Source: Octopus bimaculoides (lineage: Eukaryota). From it: DNA of 64,000 bases. The position numbers and the translations under genes are program-made. The stretch is from positions 88,991,509 through 89,055,508 of the forward strand of contig NC_068982.1 in assembly GCF_001194135.2 (NCBI RefSeq). Reading direction: 5' to 3'. Position 1 is the first letter of the stretch. Every line of letters begins with the position of its first letter. Below, in pieces: positions 25,835 through 39,507 of the stretch. The notes beneath the pieces were generated by a model. The model was given only the letters and a program-made list of their open reading frames with translations, did no database searches and had not been told where the DNA came from.

Positions 25835-26590
25835 CTTTAGACTGCAAGAACTCAAAAACACCCTAATTGACAGACACTACCCAGTTCAACTCATGGAGGA
25901 TGGAATCAGACGTGCAACACAAATCGACATAGAAACCTCAAGAAATGTTCAACACAGCAACACAACTTCCCCGAAAATACTGTCGTACATATCCACATAC
26001 AACTCCAGAAACAAAGAAGCTTTCACCATCATCACCCAAAATATACCAATGCTACATAAGGACCCCAAATTAAAGGAAATTTTACACACACGTAAGATCA
26101 TTACAAGCCACGAACAACCAAAATCACTAAAAAAGATCTTCACAAAAGCAAAATTACTTTCTAAAATAATGGACGCAAATGTGAAAAAAATGTGGTCGAC
26201 CAAATTGCGCAACATGCCCAAACCTTCTTAAAGGATCAGAATTCCTTTTCAAAGAGGGACAAAACTTCATAATCAAATCTGACTTTACTTTTGCTTCAGA
26301 AAATTTGATTTATATTATAAGATGCCCGAGCTGCCACCAAAACTACAAAGGGTCCACGTGATTATCGCTCAGACACATATGCACTCTGCACCGGCAACAG
26401 ATTGCATTCCCAGAATATAGAATGATACCCTTTAGTGAACATATTGAGAAATGCGCAAAGCAACAGCTACCGCAATTTGTATTCGTTCCATTTTATCAAT
26501 GTGCCATTCGAACACCAACACAAGCTAGATTGAATAAGGAAATCTACTTCATTGAAAAATATAAGCTAAAACTTAACCATTTCTAGCATT
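25835..26590 (+). mobile_element. Penelope-like element: RT C-terminal region + GIY-YIG endonuclease
   Basis: LQELKNTLIDRHYP...RQPKSLKKI-like linker, then KCGRPNCATCPNL...SENLIYIIRCPSCHQNYKGST* (GIY-YIG with CxxC linker), ending KEIYFIEKYKLKLN. Confidence 0.85.
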
Positions 26591-27101
26591 TTTAAATAAG
26601 GAAACTTATCTCATTGAAAAAAATATAAAACAGAACCTAACCACTTGTAGCATTCTATTCTTTCTAAACCAAATCATGTTAAATTAATAAAACCTAATCA
26701 TTCCTAACATTTTTTATTATCTCCCTTATACCAAAAGGATCTCTGATTACCTTCCACTATCGAGAACTTCATATTTCACAAACATAGCGAAGAGTTGACA
26801 CAATATAGGTAAAGAAATTTGTGGAATTTGAAAGAAAATACGAAGCGGTTATTTCTCCAAAACAATGTCACTATACGCAAAATTTTATAACAATTTTCTA
26901 ACACAACAATTTAAATATATTCTTTAACCATATAACATACGCCTTCTGTAGTTTTTTCACTCTATTTTGTCTTTTAAACATCCAACCACGTGCTTTCACA
27001 TTCCAACTCTCTCATACATATATTAATATATATGTACATATATATACATATTTATATATATGCATATATATACATATATATATATATCCATATATATATA
27101 C

Positions 27102-27148
<47 letters not shown>

Positions 27149-27691
27149 CATGTATATATATATATATATATATNNNNNNNNNNNNNNNNNNNNNNNNNNN
27201 NNNNNNNNNNNNNNNNNNNNNNNNNNNNNNNNNNNNNNNNNNNNNNNNNNNNNNNNNNNNNNNNNNNNNNNNNNNNNNNNNNNNNNNNNNNNNNNNNNNN
27301 NNNNNNNNNNNNNNNNNNNNNNNNNNNNNNNNNNNNNNNNNNNNNNNNNNNNNNNNNNNNNNNNNNNNNNNNNNNNNNNNNNNNNNNNNNNNNNNNNNNN
27401 NNNNNNNNNNNNNNNNNNNNNNNNNNNNNNNNNNNNNNNNNNNNNNNNNNNNNNNNNNNNNNNNNNNNNNNNNNNNNNNNNNNNNNNNNNNNNNNNNNNN
27501 NNNNNNNNNNNNNNNNNNNNNNNNNNNNNNNNNNNNNNNNNNNNNNNNNNNNNNNNNNNNNNNNNNNNNNNNNNNNNNNNNNNNNNNNNNNNNNNNNNNN
27601 NNNNNNNNNNNNNNNNNNNNNNNNNNNNNNNNNNNNNNNNNNNNNNNNNNNNNNNNNNNNNNNNNNNNNNNNNNNNNNNNNNNNNNNNNNN

Positions 27692-27736
<45 letters not shown>

Positions 27737-27740
27737 AATA

Positions 27741-27956
27741 AAAGGGTGGCTGAAAAAGTTCCTTGCTTTGAAGGTTTCGTGAAAGGCCTGGTTGGGGGCC
27801 CCACCTTCCAAGTTCATTTACAGGGCTTAGAAAAACTAAAGGACCACTGCAATACGTGTGTGAATCTGAGAGGGGAATGTCTTGAATAAAAATCATAGTT
27901 AACGGATCCACTTGTATTTTCTTTTAGCCCAAGCCAGTAGCTTTTCAACACCCCAT
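27741..27956 (+). mobile_element. Mariner-derived MITE / internal deletion derivative
   Basis: Imperfect TIRs AGGGTGGCTGAAAAAGTTCCTTGCTT / AAGCCAGTAGCTTTTCAACACCCC; internal LEKLKDHCNTCVNLRGECLE* resembles the mariner transposase C-terminus. Confidence 0.7.
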
Positions 27957-27964
27957 CCCTCGGT

Positions 27965-28085
27965 ACATATACAATTACTGTCTATCAAATTCAGTCACAA
28001 CACATTGGTTGGTCGGTCCAAAAGCTTTAGTAGAAAACACTTACTGAAGATATCACGCAGTGTAACTCAACCTGAAACCCATAAA
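27965..28085 (-). mobile_element. Degraded tRNA-derived SINE
   Basis: Colinear with the 49762-49910 family (CTATCAAATTCAGTCACAA...TAGTAGAAAACAC). Confidence 0.45.
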
Positions 28086-28720
28086 TAACATCATCAACTA
28101 TACAATATGTTAAAAGACAGATAGGAGTCAATACTTGCAGACCACCTTTCTTATTAACATCCAGACATCCTCTTGGTGTTGCAGCCGTAGAGTATTTTCT
28201 GCACAAGCGACACGCCATTCACCTTTCTTTAGATGTGTTGCATCTCATTCATAATGGTAAGCCTATAAAATCTTAATGTATACATTTATTTCCTGTTTAT
28301 ATTCTACGGACATCTTTTTTTTTTCGCTCTCATCTCTGTTAATATGTTCATCATTTTGCTACAAAAATTATTATCAGTAATTGTCAGTTTACCAAAGAAA
28401 TTAGTGATTTATATGTTGGTTTAGATTGCATAATTCGAATTGCTTCTTACTAGGTGTGTGGGATGTAGGTGTATGCGTTCGGGTGTATATTCTGTTTGTC
28501 TTGCTAGCGTTTGTATGTGTGTCTGTATGATTTTATATGTGTGTCTTAATATATGTATTCGTGTGTATCTGGAAGCATGTGTGTGGTTCATGAATAAATC
28601 AAGCATCTACTAAGTTATATTCTTCCATAATAAATTGCTTGTAGAAGCATATGTATTTGTAAATAGTGTGCGTCTATGTTTTTGTGTGAATAAAAACACA
28701 CATATGTTTGTTTGTGTGTT

Positions 28721-28764
<44 letters not shown>

Positions 28765-29252
28765 NNNNNNNNNNNNNNNNNNNNNNNNNNNNNNNNNNNN
28801 NNNNNNNNNNNNNNNNNNNNNNNNNNNNNNNNNNNNNNNNNNNNNNNNNNNNNNNNNNNNNNNNNNNNNNNNNNNNNNNNNNNNNNNNNNNNNNNNNNNN
28901 NNNNNNNNNNNNNNNNNNNNNNNNNNNNNNNNNNNNNNNNNNNNNNNNNNNNNNNNNNNNNNNNNNNNNNNNNNNNNNNNNNNNNNNNNNNNNNNNNNNN
29001 NNNNNNNNNNNNNNNNNNNNNNNNNNNNNNNNNNNNNNNNNNNNNNNNNNNNNNNNNNNNNNNNNNNNNNNNNNNNNNNNNNNNNNNNNNNNNNNNNNNN
29101 NNNNNNNNNNNNNNNNNNNNNNNNNNNNNNNNNNNNNNNNNNNNNNNNNNNNNNNNNNNNNNNNNNNNNNNNNNNNNNNNNNNNNNNNNNNNNNNNNNNN
29201 NNNNNNNNNNNNNNNNNNNNNNNNNNNNNNNNNNNNNNNNNNNNNNNNNNNN

Positions 29253-29320
<68 letters not shown>

Positions 29321-29689
29321 GCGTGTGTGAACAAAGAAACCAAGACAGAATAATGAAAGGACCGAAGGAATGAATGATGGTTATACACATAAGATAATTT
29401 CTCAAATCGATGTCCACTTACAAGATAGTCTTTAGATACTATTCGCATATGTTCTATATTTGTTGTTTCAAATAATGTATTGTTCTAACTTGCTATTGAT
29501 TTATAACAGAAGATGAGGTGGCATTGATGGATCTGCTTCCCCTTTAGCCCAGTTCGGAAACTTGGAAAGCATTCAAACGCTAGCCTAGTATTCCTTTCCC
29601 CTGCATTTGTGACATACATTAACTGCTGTAATCTGCTTTACATCCATCTTCTACAACTCCTTCTCAAACTCCTTGTTTATTTCATGATT

Positions 29690-31196
29690 ATCTACGGTGT
29701 CGTTTGTCTAAGTTAACATACGTATAGGACCTGAATGCGAACGAATTTTATTTTGAATGAATTACTGATGTAATAAAACTAGCGTTCTCTTGATGAAACC
29801 GTGATGAAAAGTTGGTTTTATCTTGGTGAAGCACCTCTGTAATAAGAGTGGTACGGCTGAAAGTACATGGTATGTAACTGAAAATCCCAGTTTATCTAGA
29901 TTCTCCTTTAAGTATTTACTAACACCTAGTGATCCAATAATTATTGGTATGAATATGAATTCATAGTCCGAATAGAGAAGCTTGAATTATCGAAGCAGTT
30001 ATCCATGGATATCCTCTTTTTCTTTGATTTTCAAAGAGATATTTATATCTGCTGAGCAGCTGATCTGTTTGATGATACCTACCTTTGCCGCTCGTCCCAA
30101 ACAACAATATCCGACCGGTTTGTGTACATTTGACAGAAGTTTTGATAGGAATATTCCACCAGGATTCCTTGAGTTAATGTTTATGAATATATTCCATAAC
30201 AGAGGGATTTTCTAAGTTTATTTCAGGACTGTCTTTTTTGTGGATGGCATTGTAAATTGTTTTAGCAACGACATCGTGCTGCATAAGGCGGTAGTACCGT
30301 GACGACATTTTAGGACAGCTGCTAATCACATATGTGACGTCTTCCACAGAAACATGATATAGCCTACACGTGCAGTTACACCTTGGAATTACAAGAGCGT
30401 CACTGTTTCTCTTCTTCACCAGCTACTTTGTGGCAATCTCCTGTTCCTTCAAAGTGTGATGTGATGTAGTGGTCTTGTGCCCAAGAGAGATTGCTCTTCG
30501 TGTCAACTCTACTGTCTTCTTCAAGCTTCCAGGCAACTCACCTATGCATGCTGAGTGCTTTCCATCCTGGTCTTCTCTGAGGTAAGTGAACCCAGCTATT
30601 TTGGGGCTGTATAGGAGATCATCAGGAAGAGAGTGTTCCTTGAGGAGTTCACTGCCAATTCATACAATGTTGCTCACTTCACTTTTCGGTACTGCATTTG
30701 TATATCTATTTTGCTGCTGTTGTTTAGCAGGTGCAGCCTGAAAGATACCATATGGTATTCGAAGGCCGTTTGCACTGATCTCAGGCCTCTTAACACCTTC
30801 ATTTCTTCTTGGGTAGAGCCTGTCAACATCACTGTTTCTGTAGAAGTTTCCAGTTGTTGTCAGGATTTTGCTGGTTTTGATATCTATGGAGTGAATTTCC
30901 TCTACAGACCAATCTAGTATCCCAAATGTTAAGATCAGTACTGGTACTGCAAATGCATTGTGGGAAATTGTTTTGTTGTAAGTGGAGAGTTCCGACTACC
31001 ATATTTTTCCAAAGTCTGGTGTAATACTCTCGAGTCACTTTATCTTTATTCACAGTACCTTCATATGATACATTTTCGTGTATGCCTAGGTACTTGTAAC
31101 ATTTTTCGAGTGGAATGGGATATATAGAGATACCGTTGATGCACAGGTTTTTGGTTTGGGGAACTGATTTTGCTCGTTCTATAACCAATGTATGTA
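29690..31196 (-). mobile_element. R4/Dong-like retrotransposon: RT thumb, CCHC zinc knuckle and REL endonuclease
   Basis: CYKYLGIHENVSY (RT end), HYITSHFEG, CRLYHVSVEDVTYVISSCPKMSSRYY..QHDVVAKTIY (CCHC + RHD motif), SCSADINISLKIKEKED...IPIIIGSLG (REL). The 5' end abuts (TACA)n. Confidence 0.9.
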
Positions 31197-31212
31197 TGTA
31201 TGTACGAATGTA

Positions 31213-32130
31213 CTAGCTGACGTACCCAGTAGTTCCCGGAAAAGTGGGGCTTATCCCTTGGTTCTGTTCTCATAATTGTTTCGCTAATCTAATAACAACA
31301 GTACAAAGTATGTAACCCTTAAAACGGATTTTGTGCATTTAAAGAGAATACCAAACTGTCTTACACAGGATCTTGCTTTTAGAAATTCCTAATAAGTTAT
31401 GAATACCCAAAGTGTGATGTCAGTTATGTAATAACATGAAATTAGTTACCTGGTAGTAAGAATTAAAATAAAGTAGCCCCTAAAAGGGCTTTAATGCGTT
31501 TCCAGTGTATATAGAACGTAGGAGGAAATACTTATAAGGTTTGTATACTAAAATCGTGAAGCATGTTACGTAATAACAGGCTAATCAGATTTGAGATCAT
31601 AACAATTCAAAGTAAATAACAAAGTAAGATAGCTTTTGTGCGTTCCCATAGAATATTACTCTCAGAGGCTCTAGTGTTGGTATATTTGTGAATGAGTCAC
31701 TAACCGAAATAAGTGGATCAATTGTTTAAGAAAATACAACTTACTTGTTTAAGGGTTGTACTGAAGAATTTGCGAAAATAACTCTAACAGTTCAATTACT
31801 AAGAAATAAGCATACTCAATTTCATTTATACCAAATAATTTTGGAAAATGAAAAGGTTATTTCCCTTAGCTATATATAAGGATCCTTTACAGGTCTGAAT
31901 GGGTTATTTCCCTTGGTTTTTGAAATAAAATATATTAGATACATATAGGATCCCTCCCAGGGGCCCTATTATCGATTTTTTCAACAATCCGAGTATACCA
32001 TGAGATTTCCAGACATGAGATCTACTCACGTATCAAGTTTCTTCAAAATCGATAAAACGATGTAGGAGAAGTTAGCTTACAACTCCACAAGCACTCCCAC
32101 AGACAGAATTTCCCACGTATGTGGTAGAGA
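31213..32130 (-). mobile_element. Complete 918-bp non-autonomous Helitron
   Basis: Minus strand A|TCTCTAC... to ...GGGTA-N6-CTAG|T, no TSD; removal restores a (TGTA)n tract. 5' region carries the CTGTCTGT and ATCGATTTTGAAGAAACTTGATAC motif as in Lep1-type Helitrons. Confidence 0.75.
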
Positions 32131-32208
32131 TGTATGTATGCATGTATGCATGCGTGTATGCATGTATGTATGCACGCATGCATGCAAGCATACATGCATA
32201 TATGTATG

Positions 32209-32242
<34 letters not shown>

Positions 32243-33239
32243 TGTATGTGTGTGTGTAAATTTATATATATATGTATTATAAACATATATAAACTGATGT
32301 ATTTTTCTTCGTACTCGACTGCTCGGAAACTATCTTTGCTCAGATGCTTTGCTATCACTTCTTGAACTAAGGCTAAGTGATTTCAAATTACAATGGACTC
32401 TCTCATTCCATGGCTTAGTAACAAAACATATGTACGAGCGTTTGGTAATATATTTACAGGAAATTGATATCTCGGTACCCTATTAATTACATTCTGTCAA
32501 AATATTTACAAATTATTAGTTGTGTAATATAATAGAGTTGAATTCAAAAGCGATTGGCTTTCATCAGCAATTTTGTTCTGTTGTGATTGACCAAACAATA
32601 ATTGATCATTAGTTTAATATAGGGAAATGTAAGGGGTAATGTGTTGGCCACGATTTACATTTCTATACTGTTTCTATCTAATAATAATTAAACCACAACT
32701 GCACTATATTTTGTGTATGAAAAACGTTGTTACTTAATATAGTTGAATGAAATATTGTATTTCGGGATGGTCATTTATTTTTTTTATTGCAAATAAACAC
32801 ACGCACTATATATTAGTTTTTCACTCGTCTATTAATGTTCTTATTTTTTTTCTTTTAACTTATGTCCATTGTCCGGAAATCTTTCGTCACTCATATGTGA
32901 CCTCTTCAATGACACTTTTCGTTTTCGCGTGTGCTCTTTCTCCAATTACTCTTTGCTCTATGAAATGCTATTGTGTGAGATTACTGCTTTGTTGTATAAT
33001 CATATTAAGGGTGTAATATATAAAGTGAAATCTATTAGTTAATGGTTAGAGCTAGACAAGTAGAATGACTTCAGAATTTCACATATATTAAGTGGATTAT
33101 GCCTTCGTAGAACGCAGGTAGTATATGGATTTTTTACTGTTCTATTTTACTTGCTGAATCTGGTAGATGTAGAGTCCGTGACTTAAGCATGCTCTCTGAA
33201 ACTGATGAAACTAATGCAGTTAATGATCCATTTAGAGGG

Positions 33240-33480
33240 TCGCAGGTCAACACCAGCAGCACAGAGGAAAACAGGAAGAAGTTCCCTGATTGCTGATGTT
33301 GCGGGGAAGACGGATTGGAGATATTGTGATTAGTGCAGTGAAGGAAGATGGTGCATGGTACCGAGGGGTGGAGAGATGAGTAGACTCGGGTGCCTCAGTG
33401 GTGAATGTACAACCCAGCCTACTCCGAAGAGCAGGAACAATTACAATGGCAATAGAAGAGAGAACATAACACGCCTGTGC
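33240..33480 (+). mobile_element. Gypsy-like gag zinc knuckle + aspartic protease remnant
   Basis: C*CCGEDG (decayed CCHC) at 33291 followed by VDSGASVVNVQPSLL (DSG protease motif) at 33380. Confidence 0.45.
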
Positions 33481-33739
33481 GCCAGAGACACTATGAGATC
33501 CAGGATGTCAGCGTGCCTAACAGTAGCACTGTCCCAGATGTCGAGCAATATACCGTTTGTTTGCCTACACTACATAGTGCAGATATAGTTTAATTAGTTA
33601 AGACAGAAATAATATTGAAACGTAGATTGCGACCAAAGTATCACCTCTTACATTTCCCTATATTCAACTAATGATCAATCATTGGCTTTGTGGTTGGTCA
33701 GTCACAACAAAACAAACCTTCTGCAAATAATCTAAAAGT

Positions 33740-34420
33740 ATCAGCAGTAATTCTGAAGAGTATGAGCAGCCGTTGAGGGAGAAAATATCTCCTGGTCCTC
33801 AAGAGAAGCATTAGTGTTCGGGATGCCACCCTATCTATGTTAAGGATATGTTTTTGTCTACAGAAATCTTCGGTGCAGTTGAGGTTCAGTATGTGGAGCG
33901 ATTGTGAGGGATGTAGCAGTCTCTAAACAAGGCTCTCTAAAAAAGAATGTAGCTCCTGTTTTGAGAGGGTGTGTTGCGATGGTAGTTTTGTTGACATAAG
34001 TTGTGTCTGAGTTTTATAATGTTAAAATAAAAGAGACAAGATTGCCATGGCTCCACAGGAGCATACTCTGAAGGTCTTCGTTTATAAAATCAATTTATGT
34101 CTAGCTTGTTACGTGTCGATGATGCATGGTTAGAGAAGATTAGTGGTGATGAGGAGTCGTGATATCTGCGTAAGAGTGTGTTTTGCTAGATGTGGAGGCA
34201 AGCAAGCAATTAATAGAAGAGAATGGAGGACGAGACGGAACCCTGGAAAACACCAGAGTTGATTGCGGAAAGCATTTGATAGAGAGTTGATAGAGAGTGG
34301 TTGAGAAAGAAATGCAATAGTGCGAACTGATAAGAGGCTATGGATCCAAGGAATAAGAGAGGATAGAACCCATAGACAGACAGCTGAATACGAGATTTGT
34401 ACGCTAGACACGGCCGAAGG
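33740..34420 (-). mobile_element. CR1/L2/Jockey-group LINE RT remnant
   Basis: LIPWIHSLLSVRTIAF..LSQPLSINS (W..SFLS.R....S....I.SGVPQG-like) and downstream LMLLLRTRRYFLPQ. Confidence 0.6.
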
Positions 34421-34936
34421 TCTTACTTATATTTTAAGCAACAACATTGCTACCGAACATCCCTAAAGAGATAGCCACTGGTGAGTGATTTGAAACTGTA
34501 GGTCGCCGGTGGATCTGACTCTGCAATAAATCTACTTTGTAATAATTTTCTTAAAATAATTATGCATCAACAAAAGTTATTAAAAATTTGAATAAACTTA
34601 AAAAAGAAAAATGTATGATGCCAAAAATGGTATTGTGGTAAGGTCGATACGATACAATAATTTCTAAACTGAAAATAGGAAACTACTGAAATATGTCTGG
34701 TGATAATTGAACCGAACACAAAGATAAGAGAAATGTGAAATTAGTTGCACATTTCATTGCAATTAAAATTAATACCAAAAACGTTGAACTTATAAAGGAA
34801 ATTGTGTTTGCTGAAATGTTAGATCAGTTGTAGTGAACGCCTTGTAAACCAGATCAGCCGGCGGCTAGTCGAAATAAAAGTTGCATTTTTAGAAATGATT
34901 CTAATAGATTTTTCTTTTAATCTTTTTTTACTGTAG

Positions 34937-35155
34937 AAACAAGGCCTGAAACTTTGGGACAGGAGGCTAGCCGATTACATCAACCGCATAGCTCAACTGA
35001 TACTTATTTTATTAGCCCCTCGAGGAAAGACAAGGTATACCTCTGCGGCACTTGAATTCAGTATCTACAGCCTGAAGAAATTTAGCTAAGCATTTTTTTC
35101 TAGCGTGATAATGATTCTTCCAGCTCGTCGCCTTTAATTCCAGTAGATCTTTAAC
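34937..35155 (-). mobile_element. tRNA-derived SINE, family A
   Basis: CGATTACATCAACC...CTCAACTGATACTTATTTT...GATTCTTCCAGCTCGTCGCCTT is colinear with 58946-59148. Confidence 0.65.
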
Positions 35156-35949
35156 TAGGGTTTATTGTCACCGGACATATAAACCCCTATCTCAGCTTTT
35201 TATTCTACCGTTGGAGCAAACAGCCCGCTGGAAGTACCAGCAAAATTATCCCACAATACTGCATTTTATGTAGACGTGTTTCTAATAACAAATGATGGTC
35301 GCATTATTTAGTAGACATGTGATGGGAACTTCTCTTCAGAAAGAAAGGAAATGTTACTGAAGATGAAAAGATAATGTCATATCGAATAGCTGTGTTATAA
35401 TCTCAGTTCAGTCATCAAAAATTTAATAAAGGTGTGGTGGGTGGTACTCTATCTGGTGAAGAGGGAGCAAAACAAGTACTTTAATTAGCCTCTGGTAACC
35501 ACCAATAATTCGACAAAATCATTAATTCGCCAGTGGTGACTAAATCCATATATAGTCGACATGTATGCTAATTATTTAAGATGTGAACAATATTCGAGTG
35601 TGATTTGAGAACATGCGCAAATAATCTAATATAGATATTAATAGTATCGAAGCGAATAAAAGCAGAGTTAGAATCCCATTTAAGAAGTAACAATAATAGA
35701 AACCTTATTCCAAGATTTTATTCAGTGAATAATGTTCGAACTCAATGTTTGGTTTAAGGAAAGGAGAAAACTTGCGCATTGTATGTTATATTATTAAAGG
35801 AAAGTAGAAGTACGATATTCACCCTCATTTAATACAAAGAAAAAGACAATGTATTACGAGAGACTATTAGCAAACATTAATAGAAATAGTACAAGAACCT
35901 GCAATGAGATTTTACGCTTATACATTTGAACACAATAATGGCTTTTAAT

Positions 35950-36310
35950 TTTTGTACAAGGCAAGCAATTATAAGAAAGAGACGTAAGTCAATGTCATCA
36001 ATCTCAGTACTTAACTAGTACTTTCTTTTATAGAGTTTGAAGAAATGAAAAGCAAAGTTCATCTCAATAGGATTTGAATTTAGAACTTAAGGAGATGGAA
36101 GAAATAATGACTTGAAAATTTTGGTACAAGGCTAGCGATTGTTGGGGATAAATGGATTTCATCGACCTCAGTACTAACCTGGTACTTATTTTATCGACTC
36201 CAAAATGATGAAAGGCAAGTCAATCTCGGCAGCTTTTGAGCTCAGAACGCAAAGCCAGACGAAATACTGCTAAACAATTGCATTAATGATTCTGCCTGCT
36301 CGCTACCTCC
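35950..36310 (-). mobile_element. Two tandem family A SINEs
   Basis: Both start with TTTGTACAAGG(C)..GCAATT and contain CTCAGTACT..CTGGTACTT...GAAAGGCAA.GT motifs. Confidence 0.65.
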
Positions 36311-37974
36311 GAAAATGTACTCGAAGCATAAATAATAATCCACATATTAAGTCTTTAAGGTAGCTTGATAATTCCCTCTGAACAACGAGAAATAATATCG
36401 CAGTTAATTAATGAGTCTTTCTCTCGAGAAAAATATTATTGTGGAATGAAGAATGGGAGTCGAAAGTTTTATTGAAATCTGGAATTAATTTAACAGACGG
36501 TAAATTTGATGCCGAATGATCAATTTGTTCTAGACATGGTGAGTATTTTGACAAATCAAGAGGTGGGACAATGTCTGCTACTTGTTCAATTCCACTAAAA
36601 ATCTCATTTAGGTGTTCAGACACTTTTCACGAGGACAAGACCAAGGGAAAGTAACTAATGAGTTAGGATGACGCCGACTGGAGACTAAAAAAGGAAACAA
36701 ATGATTATGCGGCATTAAAAGTGCAAAATATAATTAAGAAAGTTCTCCCAAAACAACACATTAACAATGTGATTCTGAAAGGTTTTGTGACGTTAAGCTA
36801 ACAATACTGACTTCAATATGGTCCCGTTTGATCTCGTATATTGTCTATTATCGCCAGAGTTTTAAGGAATGATTGCTTTTCGCAATTTCTAAATTGTTTA
36901 GAAACTTTTGCGCTTCCATAGACACAAATATGTCACGGTATTATCAAAGAAATCCCGACGGGAAAAGTATTTTGAGTCATCGAACACTGATTTACGAAGT
37001 GATGTTAGCACATTGAAAAGCAAAAGAATAACTTCACTTATTCATCTGCTGCAACTGAAATATGTTTCCACTATACCAACTGTCTGAATAAATTCATTGA
37101 GATATGCTTCATTGCTCGAGTAGCCATTACGAAGTGTTAAGCAGTAGGATTGGTTTTAGTTCAGTGAATATCCAATAGTCATAGCTCATTTCATGAACAT
37201 TCATATTTTTTGTCTTTGCAGAATTCAAGATTCTTCTCTCAGTTAGATGACACAAGTTGTCATGAATGCACTGAATAATTTTGTTGTTTAGTTGAGTTGA
37301 ACAACACATACGCGATAAGACATCGCTTTTCCTTAGAAAGTTCAGCCTAGCAGCCCTTTTTGTTTGCATTTACGAGATAAATCAAACATAAATCATACAC
37401 TATAGAGTGTCTTCTTAAAATAAGTATCGCCACTTACGTAAATATCCCATAACTGGAGTAGCGTCTTTCTCAATAGGAGGGTACAGAATCTAATTTTTGG
37501 CACATGGTGGAAGAGGTAAATGCAACTACGATGTCGTAACTAGAACAGTGACTGACGTGCAGTTAAGAGCGGTAAAAAAGAATAGATTTGCAAACAGAAT
37601 GGAAGCAAGCGTTTTCTATATCGATTTTTATATTTTCGAAAGCAGAAACAGTTTCTTGAGAAATGGAGAAATGTATATTTTATTAAGGGCCTTTCACAAA
37701 CTGTTAAATATGCCACCCATTTATTATAATAAACCAACAGCCAATGATTCTTTTCAAGTTCTTTTTTAGCAGTAGAAAATTCAGAACATTTAAAGAGAAG
37801 GAATCTACTAGGCTCAGGATTTTTAAGTAGTCTTGACTATGCAATAATCAAGGAAAATTGAACATAACCATTATATATTAGTTTTAACAAAAGGAATGTA
37901 AAATCAAAATTATATCGATTAGTACTTGTAAGATATTATTTATTTGAAAGCTTTAACCTTCAGGTTACTTACCT

Positions 37975-38104
37975 ACATACAAGCATGCATACATAGCACG
38001 CATACACACACATATATATATATATATACATAAATATGAATATGTATATACATATACGTACATTTATGCATATATATATATATATACATATATGCATGCA
38101 TGTA

Positions 38105-38179
<75 letters not shown>

Positions 38180-38270
38180 GTATACATATGTGTAAATATG
38201 CGCATACATATATGTATACATGTGTGTGTGTGTGTGTGTGTGTATGTGTGTGTGTGTGTGCGTGCGTTAC
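37975..38270. repeat. Long (TA)n/(TG)n compound microsatellite
   Basis: Directly visible. Confidence 0.95.
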
Positions 38271-38284
38271 AACTGCCTACATCA

Positions 38285-39507
38285 ATGACCGCCAACTTAT
38301 TTTTATACATTATCCTGGCACTGTCCCTGCATTTGTTCGGCGCCAAGGTGAAAAGTCAGACTCAACATATTAATTTACTTATGTAGAGTTCATGAAAATT
38401 TACAGTAAATGGCGGCTTTTATGCGTAAAACAGTAACTATATGAAAATATTGAAATCATTCCAAAGGCCTCTATTTCACAACAGTATACATTATTCAAAC
38501 ACCAACAGCGATATGCTTTCCAACGCAAAAATCATTTCCGGGAAAGTCACAATGTTCCCTCTCCCTATTAATGTTAGCAGCCAAATGTCTCTTAACTAAC
38601 ATCGTATCCTCTTGGAAAGAGAATACATTGGATAATGTACTCTTGTTACATTGTCCAATAAGATAAATGTATGAAAATGACGGTATGGTCGTGGTTTGAA
38701 CGCTTGTTACCGTAATACCTCTATCAGATACGATTGCGTCTCCAGCAACAAGGACTATTTCACTCTAAACTATTGCCGAATATTATCCCAAATACTAACC
38801 CTAACCACTAAATTTTACACATATCTCAACTCAATATTCCATTAAAATAATGTGTTTCTTCAGCGAAAATCACTAACAGTCGTGTCTTTGTATTCTTATA
38901 TAAATATATTTAGTGTTATATTAAGTGTACTATGTACAACTAAGGAAGGTCTAGGTATGAATAAATCGACATCATCGCCAGAGCAAAATGTGGCGCAATT
39001 ATATCAAGAGACGCAATCTTCAGCGACGCCAGAGTATTATGTAAAATTATACTGCTCATGAAAGAACAACAAGAGAATGGATCCATGTGGAGAGTGTACA
39101 TTGTCAAACGAATTGCCAGAAATATTTACCAAATATCTTTCATAAAGGAAGGACACTTTAAACATTGCAGTAAAATATCGAATAACGCTGATTAACAAAG
39201 AATTTCCATAGGAAATGATATGGGATGGACTAGAAACCGTTTTTGATACCGGTTTCAAAACTGTTTTTAGTTAATACTAGCACATAGAGTATTTGAGATT
39301 AGTGAAATTATATTAATTATAATTATAATTAAATTTTAAATATTTTATATTTTTCAGATTATTTCTTCAGATCATTGCCATTTTATCAGCATGCTTCGTG
39401 AATATAAAAATCATTCAGAATCTGTGGTACTTTTACAGCTAAGACATAACAACGAACTATTACAAGAGATCTCATACAACATACGAGATATACCTTGGTT
39501 GCCATAG
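38285..39507 (+). CDS. Hypothetical two-exon 70-aa secreted peptide (exons 38285-38347 and 39358-39507)
   Basis: Signal-peptide-like [21 protein letters not shown], donor AAG|GTGAAA, strong acceptor ATATTTTATATTTTTCAG at 39357, phase-0 join into a 49-codon open frame ending TAG. No homology recognised. Confidence 0.2.

Noticed and set aside
33202-33230. CTGATGA-AACT-AATGC-AGTT as a hammerhead
   Set aside because: A stem II-like hairpin is present but the GAAA half of the core is missing.
33314-33379. Tudor-domain-like IGDIVISAVKEDGAWYRGV
   Set aside because: Ends in a stop, lacks splice sites and sits between a decayed CCHC knuckle and a DSG protease motif, so a Gypsy remnant is the simpler reading.
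37200-37300. NSRFFSQLDDTS after an acceptor-like site: exon or hAT FS.QLDE motif
   Set aside because: The frame closes after 18 codons and the motif is too short to distinguish the two readings.
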